NCBI RefSeq assembly: GCF_000007985.2
Contig: NC_002939.5
Span: 3,690,001 to 3,722,000 of the forward strand
Source: Geobacter sulfurreducens PCA
Lineage (GTDB): Bacteria; Desulfobacterota; Desulfuromonadia; Geobacterales; Geobacteraceae
DNA length: 32,000 nt
Direction of reading: 5' to 3'
Made by a program: the position numbers and the translations under genes. Of the stretch, positions 7,306 to 15,594 are shown in pieces (the first letter of the stretch is position 1; each line of letters starts with the position of its first letter). The notes under the pieces are model-generated. The model did not search any database and was not told the DNA's origin. It saw nothing but the letters and a program-made list of their open reading frames with translations.

Positions 7306-7494
7306 ATGGGAAGAATGAGAGAAAATCCGCGGTACAACGTTATCTCCATGAGGATCAGCGACGAAGAGCGTGATCGCCTGCAGGCAATCATGGAAGCCAC
7401 TCACAAGAGCGTGTCGGACATCATGAGGGAGGCTATGGAGCTTTTCTCCGTCCAACTCGAACAGTCTCAACCCGGAGACCAGAAGGCCGCCTGA
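7306..7494 (+). CDS. hgtR: 62-aa ribbon-helix-helix-like transcriptional regulator; locus matches my recollection of HgtR
   Basis: ATG 7306 is preceded by GGAGGA. MGRMRENPRYNVISMRISDEERDRLQAIMEATHKSVSDIMREAMELF shows a strand-helix-helix pattern. It sits downstream of a sigma-54 promoter and next to an EBP. The symbol is assigned from remembered locus context, not from a search. Confidence 0.65.
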   Translation: MGRMRENPRYNVISMRISDEERDRLQAIMEATHKSVSDIMREAMELFSVQLEQSQPGDQKAA

Positions 7495-7501
7495 TTTTCA
7501 C

Positions 7502-7535
7502 AAAAAAATGGGGCACCCCTCACCAGGGGTGCCCC
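7502..7535 (-). terminator. Rho-independent terminator for cysS
   Basis: GGGGCACCCCT / AGGGGTGCCCC is an 11-bp stem with a 4-nt loop (7510-7535). On the minus strand it is followed by A-TTTTTTT-G (complement of 7501-7509). Confidence 0.7.
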
Positions 7536-7554
7536 GCACATCGTCGGCACATGA

Positions 7555-7599
7555 AGCGAACCGGGCGGAATCAATCCGCGGCGATTCGCTTTTTTGTTT
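7555..7599 (+). terminator. Rho-independent terminator for the small regulator gene
   Basis: Outer stem AGCGAA / TTCGCT encloses inner stem GCGGA / TCCGC. It is followed on the plus strand by TTTTTTGTTT (7590-7599). Confidence 0.5.
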
Positions 7600-7607
7600 C
7601 AGCTCAT

Positions 7608-9053
7608 CTATTTCACCTTCCAGGTTGTTCCCTGGGCTGAGTCGAGGAGCAAAATCCCCTGGGCCGCCAAGGTATCGCGAATCTCGTCGGCACGACGAAA
7701 ATCCCGGGCCTTGCGGGCTGCATTTCGCTCCTCGATCAGGCGCTCGATCTCAGCGGCTTCAATGGGTAGAGCCGCCGCCTTGCGGCTTTTGAGCCGTTCC
7801 ACGAATGCGCCCGGCTCCGAGGTGAACAGGCCAAGCACCGCTCCCACCCGATCGATTGCCTCCCGCGCGCTCGCAAGTACGGCCCGGTCGATCTCACCCT
7901 CTGCGAGCACCCGGTTGACCGCCCGCACCAGATCAAAGACATAACCCAACGCCTGGGCTGTGTTAAAATCATCGTCCATGGCCTCACGGAAGCGTGTCGG
8001 TAGTCCGGCCGCCTTTTCGGCCAGCTCCTCGTCGATCCGCCCCGCCCCCGTGCCGTCTGCGGCCACTGCCTCGTCGATGCCGGCCAGGGCATTGTAGATC
8101 CGTTCCAGACCAGCTGCGGCCTCCTTCAGGTTCTGATCCGAAAAATCAATGGGGGAACGGTAGTGGGCCGACAGGAGGAAGAACCGGAGCACCTCGGCGT
8201 CATAGCTCTCCAGCACTTCCTTGATGGTGAAGAAGTTGCCGAGGGACTTGCTCATCTTCTCGGCATTGATGTTCACGAAGCCGTTGTGAATCCAGTAGCG
8301 GGCAAAGGGCTTGCCGTTGGCCGCCTCGGACTGGGCGATCTCGTTCTCGTGGTGAGGAAATACCAGATCCTTGCCGCCGCCGTGAATATCGAACGTCTCG
8401 CCCAGGTACTTCATGCTCATGGCTGAACACTCGATGTGCCAGCCGGGACGTCCCTGGCCCCAGGGGGAATCCCAGTAGGGCTCACCCGGCTTCGACCCTT
8501 TCCAGAGGGCAAAGTCCATGGGGTGACGCTTTTTCTCTCCCACCTCGATGCGTGCGCCGGCCTGCATTTCCTCAAGATTGCGCTTGGAGAGCTTCAGGTA
8601 CTGATCGAAGGCCTCAACGCTGAAGTAGACGTCTCCGTCGGCGGCATAGGCAAAACCCTTTGCCACCAAACGCTCGATGACCTGGATCATCTCGGCGATG
8701 TGCTCGGTGGCCTTGGGTTGATAGGTCGGCAGATCGAGCCCCAGAGCCGCCATATCCCGGTCGAACTCGGCAATGAAACGCTCGGAGATGACGTTGAACG
8801 GCACCCCTTCCTTGTTGGCCCGATTGATGATCTTGTCGTCTACGTCGGTATAGTTGCGGACATAGGTCACCTCGTAGCCTGCATGGCGGAGGTAGCGGTA
8901 GATCATGTCGAAGACCACGTTGGCCCGGGCGTGGCCGATGTGGCAATGATCGTAGACCGTGACGCCGCAGACATACATCTTCACCCGGCCCGGCTCAAGT
9001 GTGACGAAATCTTCCTTTGTGCCCGAAAGCGTGTTGTAGACGCGCAATGCCAT
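7608..9053 (-). CDS. cysS: Cysteine--tRNA ligase
   Basis: [16 protein letters not shown] start at ATG 9053. HIGH motif (CHIGHAR), KMSKS motif, 481 aa. Confidence 0.95.
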   Translation of the reverse strand: MALRVYNTLSGTKEDFVTLEPGRVKMYVCGVTVYDHCHIGHARANVVFDMIYRYLRHAGYEVTYVRNYTDVDDKIINRANKEGVPFNVISERFIAEFDRDMAALGLDLPTYQPKATEHIAEMIQVIERLVAKGFAYAADGDVYFSVEAFDQYLKLSKRNLEEMQAGARIEVGEKKRHPMDFALWKGSKPGEPYWDSPWGQGRPGWHIECSAMSMKYLGETFDIHGGGKDLVFPHHENEIAQSEAANGKPFARYWIHNGFVNINAEKMSKSLGNFFTIKEVLESYDAEVLRFFLLSAHYRSPIDFSDQNLKEAAAGLERIYNALAGIDEAVAADGTGAGRIDEELAEKAAGLPTRFREAMDDDFNTAQALGYVFDLVRAVNRVLAEGEIDRAVLASAREAIDRVGAVLGLFTSEPGAFVERLKSRKAAALPIEAAEIERLIEERNAARKARDFRRADEIRDTLAAQGILLLDSAQGTTWKVK

Positions 9054-9085
9054 GGAAAGCCCTTTCAGATTCTTAATTCTACGTA

Positions 9086-10750
9086 TTACTTCTTGGCCCA
9101 CGAATCCCGCAGCGTCACGGTCCGGTTGAAGACCGGCGCGCCGGGCTGCGAATCGACGCGGTCAGCGCAGAAGTATCCCTGACGCTCGAACTGGAAGCGA
9201 TCCTCAGGTCGGGCCAGAGCCAGGGAGGGCTCCAGCCGGCAATCCCGAACGATTTCCACCGACAGGGGATTGAGAAGCTCCTTCCAGTCGTCGCCCGAGG
9301 GGTTGGGAACGGTGAAGAGCCGGTCGTAAAGCCTGACCTCGGCAGTCACGGCATGGGTCGCCGAGACCCAGTGAATGACCCCCTTGACCTTACGCTCCGA
9401 GCCGGGAAGGCCGCTGCGGGTCTCCGGATCATAGGTGCAGCGTACCGTGGTCACGTTCCCCTCGCCATCACGCTCCACCCCGGTGCATTTCACGATGTAC
9501 GCGCCCCGCAGGCGGATTTCTTCGCCCGGCGAAAGACGCTTGAACCCCTTGGGAGGGACCTCCATGAAATCGTCGCGCTCGATGAAAAGCTCCCGGCCAA
9601 AGGGGACCGACCGGCTCCCCAGGTCGGGACGCTGGGGGTGATAGGCAATGGTGAGATCCTCCGTCGCCCCCTCGGGATAGTTTTCGATCACCAGCCGAAG
9701 GGGCCGCAAGACCGCCATGACCCGGGGCGCGCGCTCGTTCAGATCCTGGCGTACGCTCTCTTCCAGAATGCTCATGTCGATCCAGCTGTCGCTGCGTCCC
9801 ACGCCGATGGTGTCGCAGAAATTCCGAATCGCCTCGGGCGTGAAGCCCCGGCGGCGGATGCCCATGATGGTCGGCATGCGCGGGTCATCCCAGCCGGTCA
9901 CATCGCCGTCCTTAACCAACTGGAGGAGCTTGCGCTTGCTCATGACCGCATAGGTGAGATTCAGGCGGGCGAACTCGTACTGGCGCGGCCGGTTCGGCAC
10001 CGGCAGGTTGTCCAGAAACCACTCGTAAAGCGGCTTATGATCTTCGAACTCCAGGGTGCAGATAGAGTGGGTGATCCCCTCAATGGCGTCCGACTGGCCA
10101 TGGGCGTAGTCATACATCGGGTAGATACACCACTTGTCGCCGGCATGGGGGTGCGGGGCATGGAGAATCCGGTACATGACCGGATCCCGCAGGTTGATGT
10201 TGGGAGAGGCCATGTCGATCCTGGCCCTTAACACCTTTGCCCCATCCGGGAACTCGCCGGCCCGCATCCGGCGGAACAGATCAAGGTTTTCCTCTGCAGT
10301 GCGGCTGCGGGAGGGACTCTCCTTGCCCGGTTCGGTGAGGGTGCCGCGGTAGGAGCGGATCTCATCGGCCGTCAGGTCGTCTACGTAGGCCTTGCCCTGT
10401 ATGATGAGGGATTCGGCCCACTGGTAGAGCTGCTCGAAGTAGTCGGAGGCGTAATAGCAATGCTCCCCCCACTCGAAGCCGAGCCAGCGGACGCTCTCCT
10501 TGATCGACTCGATGTACTCGGTCTCCTCTTTCACCGGGTTGGTGTCGTCGAAGCGGAGATGGCAGCGTCCGCCGAAATCCCGCGCCAGCCCGAAGTTAAG
10601 GCAGATGGATTTGGCGTGGCCGATGTGGAGATAGCCATTGGGCTCGGGCGGGAAACGGGTGACGATAGTCCGGTGCTTGCCGCTTTTGAGATCATCCTCG
10701 ACGATGGTTCGCAGGAAGTTGGTGACGTGGGCTGGTTCGGTGGTCGACAT
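9086..10750 (-). CDS. glnS: Glutamine--tRNA ligase
   Basis: ATG 10750 is preceded by GAGGA (the longer ORF opens with TTG at 10768). [14 protein letters not shown] and VMSKRKL motifs. Class I GlnRS length. Confidence 0.95.
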   Translation of the reverse strand: MSTTEPAHVTNFLRTIVEDDLKSGKHRTIVTRFPPEPNGYLHIGHAKSICLNFGLARDFGGRCHLRFDDTNPVKEETEYIESIKESVRWLGFEWGEHCYYASDYFEQLYQWAESLIIQGKAYVDDLTADEIRSYRGTLTEPGKESPSRSRTAEENLDLFRRMRAGEFPDGAKVLRARIDMASPNINLRDPVMYRILHAPHPHAGDKWCIYPMYDYAHGQSDAIEGITHSICTLEFEDHKPLYEWFLDNLPVPNRPRQYEFARLNLTYAVMSKRKLLQLVKDGDVTGWDDPRMPTIMGIRRRGFTPEAIRNFCDTIGVGRSDSWIDMSILEESVRQDLNERAPRVMAVLRPLRLVIENYPEGATEDLTIAYHPQRPDLGSRSVPFGRELFIERDDFMEVPPKGFKRLSPGEEIRLRGAYIVKCTGVERDGEGNVTTVRCTYDPETRSGLPGSERKVKGVIHWVSATHAVTAEVRLYDRLFTVPNPSGDDWKELLNPLSVEIVRDCRLEPSLALARPEDRFQFERQGYFCADRVDSQPGAPVFNRTVTLRDSWAKK

Positions 10751-10780
10751 TAGGCTGTCCTCGCGCAATTCTTTGGGCTG

Positions 10781-11254
10781 CTATTTCTCTTCCATGAGCA
10801 CCACCGCATAGGCGGCGATCCCCTCGCCACGCCCCGCGAACCCAAGTTCTTCGGTGGTGGTCGCCTTGACGTTCACCCGATCGGGGTCCGCCATCAGGTC
10901 AGCGGCAATATGTTCTCGCATGAGGGGGATATGGGGGGCCATCTTGGGACGCTGGGCCACGATCGTGGCATCCAAGTTGCCGAGGTGGAATCCCTTCCGG
11001 GTTGCCAGCTCCATGACATGGCGGAGCAGTGCCCGGCTGTCGGCGCCCTTGTACCGGGGATCGGTGTCGGGAAAATGCTTGCCGATATCTCCCAGGGCCA
11101 GGGCACCGAGAATGGCGTCGGAGATGGCGTGGAGCAGCACATCGGCATCCGAATGCCCCAGCAGGCCCAGTTCGTGGGGAATGTCGACGCCGCCGACGAT
11201 CAGTTTCCGTCCCGCCACCAGGCGGTGGACGTCATAGCCGTGGCCGATCCTCAT
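10781..11254 (-). CDS. ispF: 2-C-methyl-D-erythritol 2,4-cyclodiphosphate synthase
   Basis: [12 protein letters not shown]...[14 protein letters not shown] 11254 has GAGAGG upstream (the ORF-track start at 11263 is GTG). Confidence 0.95.
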   Translation of the reverse strand: MRIGHGYDVHRLVAGRKLIVGGVDIPHELGLLGHSDADVLLHAISDAILGALALGDIGKHFPDTDPRYKGADSRALLRHVMELATRKGFHLGNLDATIVAQRPKMAPHIPLMREHIAADLMADPDRVNVKATTTEELGFAGRGEGIAAYAVVLMEEK

Positions 11255-11297
11255 GGTATGCACCTCTCTTTAGCAACGCGCGGAGCCGGTCGCCCGC

Positions 11298-11996
11298 TCA
11301 CGCCGCGAGCTCCTTCAGAAACGCCTCGGCCAGGACCATGTCCTCGGGCGTCGTGATCTTGATGTTGCGGTAATCTCCCACGACGATCCGCACGCTGCGG
11401 CCCAGGCGCTCCACGAGCATGGCATCGTCGGTGCCGAGAAAGCGTTCCGCGTCGGCAATTTCGTGAGCCGCGCGGATGACGGCGTAGCGAAACGCCTGGG
11501 GCGTCTGGGCGAGCCAGAGGGTCTCCCGGGGAGGGGTACCGGTGATGATGCCGTCTTCAACCGTCTTCACCGTGTCTTTGGCCGGCACGGCAACAAGGGC
11601 TCCGTCGTCCTCCCGGGCCACCGCGGTTGCCCGGGCCAGCACGTCCGTACTGACAAAGGGGCGGACCCCATCATGGATAAGGATCACGTCGTCGTCCGCC
11701 ACAGTTCCCTCCATGGCCCGCAACCCGTTCAGGACCGAATGTTGGCGCTCCGCACCGCCGGCAACGATGCCGCGAACCTTGGTGAAGCCGTAGCGCTCAA
11801 CCACGTGGTCACGGCAGAAGGGAATCTCGTCCTCGGGAGTGATGACAAATATGCCGTCAACAAAGGACGCCCCCTCGAAAACACTCAGGGTATGGGCGAG
11901 GATCGGTCTCCCCGCCAGGATGAGGTACTGTTTGTTGATGGAGGCCCCCATCCGCTTACCCATGCCGGCGGCCGGGACCAGGGCGAAAACGGCCAT
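11298..11996 (-). CDS. ispD: 2-C-methyl-D-erythritol 4-phosphate cytidylyltransferase
   Basis: [17 protein letters not shown] start at ATG 11996, preceded by GGAGAAACC. IspD-family sequence throughout. Confidence 0.93.
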
Positions 11997-12037
11997 GGTT
12001 TCTCCTCTTGGCGCCGTGCTGAACGTCGCCACAAATA

Positions 12038-12075
12038 CGGCCCGGCCTGCGCGGAAAACGGCGCCGGTCGGGCCG
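12038..12075 (-). terminator. Imperfect GC-rich hairpin between selA and ispD (weak terminator or 5' UTR structure)
   Basis: Minus strand: CGGCCCGACCGGCGC / GCGCAGGCCGGGCCG pair at 13 of 15 positions with an 8-nt loop, followed by TATTTGT. A perfect TATAAT (complement of 12086-12091) lies just upstream of it on the minus strand. Confidence 0.3.
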
Positions 12076-12148
12076 GAATGAGCTGATTATACCGAAGGAT
12101 CGCTAAAAGACCAGCCAAAAGTAGTGCGAAGGATTGCCCCCGGCCCCG

Positions 12149-13555
12149 TCAGCTGGCCAGTTCCCGCAGGGCGGAGATAACCGCCGGGGCATCGTCGTCC
12201 AGGAGGGTCCGCGCATCGAGCAGGAAACGTCCCCGGTTGATGCGCCCGACCACCGGCACGGTCATGCGCCGGAGCCGCGCCTCCATCTCCTGGGGAGACA
12301 CCCCGTCCACGTCTACAGCGATGAGGGTCGTGGGCAACTCCAGGAGGGGATAGGCACCCCCACCCACCTGGGAAACGCCGTCAAGGGAAGCAAGCCGCAC
12401 GGAAGAAGGGACGCCGCGGCGCAGACGGCGCATGAACTGCCGGGCGCGGAGCCGCAGTTCCTCGGCCGAGGCGGTCAGCATCCGGAGGGTTGGAACCTCC
12501 GCCAGGGCCTGGCGTTCATCCCGGTAGAGGCGCAGGGTTCCCTCAAGGGCCGCCAGGGTCAGCTTGTCGATACGAATGGCCCGGAGCAGGGGATGCTTTT
12601 TCAAGGGATCCACATACGCCTTGCGCCCCACGATGATCCCGGCCTGGGGACCGCCCAGGAGTTTATCGCCGCTGAAGGTGACCACATCCACCCCGACGGA
12701 GACGAATTCCTGCACCGTGGGCTCCCCCCGGATACCGAAACGGGAGAGATCAATGAGACAGCCGCTGCCGATGTCGGCCATGACCGGCAGGCCCAATTCG
12801 CGGCCGATGGCGACCATCTCCGGGGCCGTCACCTCTGCGGTAAAACCGACCACCGCGAAATTGCTGGAGTGAACCTTGAGCAAGAGTCCCGTCTCGGAAG
12901 TTACCGCCTGGCGGTAGTCGCGTGAGTGGGTCCGGTTGGTGGTTCCCACCTCGCGGAGAACGGCCCCGCCCTGCTGCATGACGTCCGGGATCCGGAACGA
13001 CCCGCCGATCTCCACCAGTTCTCCCCGGGAGACAATGACCTCTTTTCCGCCGGCCAGGGCGGACAGAGCCAGGAGGACCGCCGCTGCGTTGTTGTTGACC
13101 ACGAGCGCGGCCTCTGCGCCGGTCAGTTCACAAAGAAGCTTCTCCACATGGGAGTATCGGCTCCCCCTCTCGCCCCGCTCCAGATCGAATTCCAGGTTGG
13201 AGTAGCCGTAGGCGGTGTCGTCGACACGTTGCCGCACCCGCTCTGCCAGGGGAGAACGCCCCAGGTTCGTGTGAATGACGACGCCGGTGCCGTTCACCAC
13301 CCGGCGAAGACTGCACGCCGTGCTGCGGGCCACCTCGCGACCGACTCGGCCGGCAACCGCACCGTCTGCCAGGTCTTGCTCACGTAGCGATCCTGCGCGG
13401 GCCTCGGCGCGCAAGGCATCGAGCGCGGTGCGAACGGCGGCGAGAACCGTGGGTCGAGGATGGTCTGCCAGCAACCGCCTGACTTCGTCCTGTTCAAGGA
13501 TGCGGTCAACCTTGGGAATGCGGCTAAAGATGGTCACGGTAGTCTCCCCGGGCAC
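12149..13555 (-). CDS. selA: L-seryl-tRNA(Sec) selenium transferase
   Basis: IPKVDRILE N-terminus and the PLP-lysine motif FSGDKLLGGPQAG. 468 aa. The start is GTG at 13555, or GTG at 13537 (MTIFSRIPKVD) with GGGGAG upstream. Confidence 0.9.
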   Translation of the reverse strand: MPGETTVTIFSRIPKVDRILEQDEVRRLLADHPRPTVLAAVRTALDALRAEARAGSLREQDLADGAVAGRVGREVARSTACSLRRVVNGTGVVIHTNLGRSPLAERVRQRVDDTAYGYSNLEFDLERGERGSRYSHVEKLLCELTGAEAALVVNNNAAAVLLALSALAGGKEVIVSRGELVEIGGSFRIPDVMQQGGAVLREVGTTNRTHSRDYRQAVTSETGLLLKVHSSNFAVVGFTAEVTAPEMVAIGRELGLPVMADIGSGCLIDLSRFGIRGEPTVQEFVSVGVDVVTFSGDKLLGGPQAGIIVGRKAYVDPLKKHPLLRAIRIDKLTLAALEGTLRLYRDERQALAEVPTLRMLTASAEELRLRARQFMRRLRRGVPSSVRLASLDGVSQVGGGAYPLLELPTTLIAVDVDGVSPQEMEARLRRMTVPVVGRINRGRFLLDARTLLDDDAPAVISALRELAS

Positions 13556-13806
13556 AAAAATGGCGGCGCAAAGCCAGCTTAGACCTCAGTACCAGATTGA
13601 CTCAGGGCTGTCAAGGCGGGTGAAGGGAAGGTGAACGGGGTATCGTCAACCCGTCCGGTGTCTCGGTTGGTAAATCCTTGGGGAAAATTGTGAGGTATTG
13701 TGATTGTGGCGGCGACACAGACCCAGTCCGGCCACGCCAAGGAGCCGCAGCGCCGGCTGCGGCTAAAAGGACCTCGAGTGCGAGAAGAAACTAACCAAGC
13801 GGGACA

Positions 13807-14514
13807 CTAGATATCAAGTTGCAGGGCAGCAGCCTGTTCGGCAGGTTTGAGAGGAGGTGCGCCGTCGGTTTCCTGCATGAGGACCCGGCCTCCGTACTCA
13901 GCGTTCTTGCGGACAAGGGTTTCGGCCATGTCGGCATTGCGGGACTGAAATGCCTCAATGATCCGTTCGTGCTCCTTCACGGAAATATGCATCCGACCGG
14001 GCAGGCTGAGGGAGGCGTAGCGAAGCCGCTGAAACTTCCGGACAAGGTTGGTGACGAGCTCCGAGAGCTTCTCGTTATCGGCCGCCCGAAGGAACAGCTC
14101 ATGAAAATCGTTGTGAATCCGGAAAAAGTGGCGTACGTCACCCTCATCCGCCAGGTGGCGCAATTTCTCGTTGATGGTTCGAAGCTTCTCGATTTCCTTG
14201 TCCGTGAGCTTCTCACAGGCGCGGCGGGCCGCATACCCCTCAAGAATGCTCTTGATGGCGTAAAATTCCTCCACATCACGGGGAGAGAAAAACGTGACAA
14301 CCGCTCCTTTGCGCGGGATCACGGTCAGATATCCCTCCGACTCCAGCTGGCGGAACGCCTCCCGGATCGGTGTGCGGCTGATGCCGAACCGTTCGGCGAG
14401 ATCAGGCTCGGCCACTTTTTCTCCCGGCTTGAGGGCGCCGGTCATGATGGCATCGCGAATGGTTTCGAGGATCTTTTCCCTGAGGGTGAGGTGCTTCTCC
14501 ATCGGTTTTTTCAT
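13807..14514 (-). CDS. GntR family transcriptional regulator with a FadR/FCD-type C-terminal domain
   Basis: N-terminal winged HTH (LAERFGISRTPIREAFRQLESEGYL) and a helical C-terminal domain. GGAG 9 nt upstream of ATG 14514. Confidence 0.88.
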   Translation of the reverse strand: MKKPMEKHLTLREKILETIRDAIMTGALKPGEKVAEPDLAERFGISRTPIREAFRQLESEGYLTVIPRKGAVVTFFSPRDVEEFYAIKSILEGYAARRACEKLTDKEIEKLRTINEKLRHLADEGDVRHFFRIHNDFHELFLRAADNEKLSELVTNLVRKFQRLRYASLSLPGRMHISVKEHERIIEAFQSRNADMAETLVRKNAEYGGRVLMQETDGAPPLKPAEQAAALQLDI

Positions 14515-14540
14515 AAGTCCACTCCGGCGGGGGCTGACTT

Positions 14541-14568
14541 ATTGTATACAGTATACAGGGATTGTCAA
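14541..14568 (-). promoter_or_regulatory. Sigma-70 promoter of the GntR gene with an embedded palindromic operator
   Basis: Minus strand: perfect TTGACA (14568-14563), 16-bp spacer, TACAAT (14546-14541). The 15-nt palindrome TGTATAC-A-GTATACA (14543-14557) fills the spacer and -10 region and fits the GT-N-AC type GntR operator. Confidence 0.6.
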
Positions 14569-14624
14569 GCAGGAGTTAGCATGTTTTAAAAAAGAAAGGT
14601 CTGTTACAAAGCACCCTTACGCCC

Positions 14625-14653
14625 TTGCCATTTACGACACCGGATAGTATCCT
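14625..14653 (+). promoter_or_regulatory. Candidate sigma-70 promoter for the TIM-barrel gene
   Basis: TTGCCA (14625-14630), 17-bp spacer, TATCCT (14648-14653). It would give a ~130-nt 5' UTR. Confidence 0.25.
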
Positions 14654-14788
14654 TTGGCGCAAAGAACCTTAACCTCAGCGTCATCGGCCGGGGAAGCCGG
14701 AGGCAATTGCCGCGCTGGATCTCCTGGCGGCTTGTGACTCCTGCGCCGACACCACTCATAATAAACTCAAAGAAAGAGCTCTCTGACC

Positions 14789-15559
14789 ATGTCCGATCGC
14801 ATCCACGCCCATGTCCCCTACCCGATGCTGGCCGACAACCTGACGGCCGTCGCCGCCCGTGGGATCAATCCCGAAGTCCACTTTTCGGGTGAGGCCCTGG
14901 ACTCCCTTGTCCCGGAAAAACTGATAGCCGTTGCCGACACCCTGAACGCCACCGGGCTGCGCTCCACCATTCATGCTCCCTTCGTGGACCTGAACCCAGG
15001 CTCGGCCGAACGCCTCATCCGCGAGGCTACCCGTCATCGGCTCAACCAGGTGATTGACGCCGCGGCAATCCTCAGGCCCGACGTGATCGTCTTCCATCCC
15101 GGCTATGACCGCTGGCGCTACGGCGAGAACCAGGATATCTGGCTCGCCCACAGTATTGAGACGTGGCGGAGAGTGCTGGAGCGGACCGAACCCATTGGCT
15201 GTACAGTCGCAGTGGAAAACATCTTCGAGGAGGAGCCTTCAACCCTGCGAGCCCTGCTGGAAGAGATCGACCATCCCCGCTTCTGCCACTGCTTCGACGT
15301 GGGGCACTGGAATCTGTTTCACACGGTGGGGATGGAGGAATGGTTCGATGCCATGGGACGCTTCGTGGCGGAGGCCCACATCCACGACAATTTCGGCACC
15401 CGCGATGACCATCTGCCGCTGGGCGAAGGGGCCATCGATTTTGATCTCTTCTTTTCCCTCATGGCCCGGCACGCCCCCCAGGCCGTCTGGACCATCGAGG
15501 CCCACTGCCCGGCAGCTCTGGACAGGGCACTCGTTGCCATCGAGCGCTACCGGAAATGA
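14789..15559 (+). CDS. Xylose isomerase-like TIM barrel / AP endonuclease family 2 protein (sugar-phosphate isomerase/epimerase-like)
   Basis: 256 aa with metal-ligand-like motifs IHAPF, AVENIFEE, FDVGHWN, HIHDN. The specific function cannot be assigned from sequence alone. Confidence 0.75.
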   Translation: MSDRIHAHVPYPMLADNLTAVAARGINPEVHFSGEALDSLVPEKLIAVADTLNATGLRSTIHAPFVDLNPGSAERLIREATRHRLNQVIDAAAILRPDVIVFHPGYDRWRYGENQDIWLAHSIETWRRVLERTEPIGCTVAVENIFEEEPSTLRALLEEIDHPRFCHCFDVGHWNLFHTVGMEEWFDAMGRFVAEAHIHDNFGTRDDHLPLGEGAIDFDLFFSLMARHAPQAVWTIEAHCPAALDRALVAIERYRK

Positions 15560-15594
15560 CAGCGACCCGATACCGCGAGCCGTTGTAGCCAGGA

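Noticed and set aside
13556-13806. Searched the selA upstream region on both strands for tRNA-Sec (selC) or another tRNA.
   Set aside because: There is no anticodon loop of the form CU-UCA-purine. The only CTTCA is followed by C. There is also no acceptor or T-arm-like structure.
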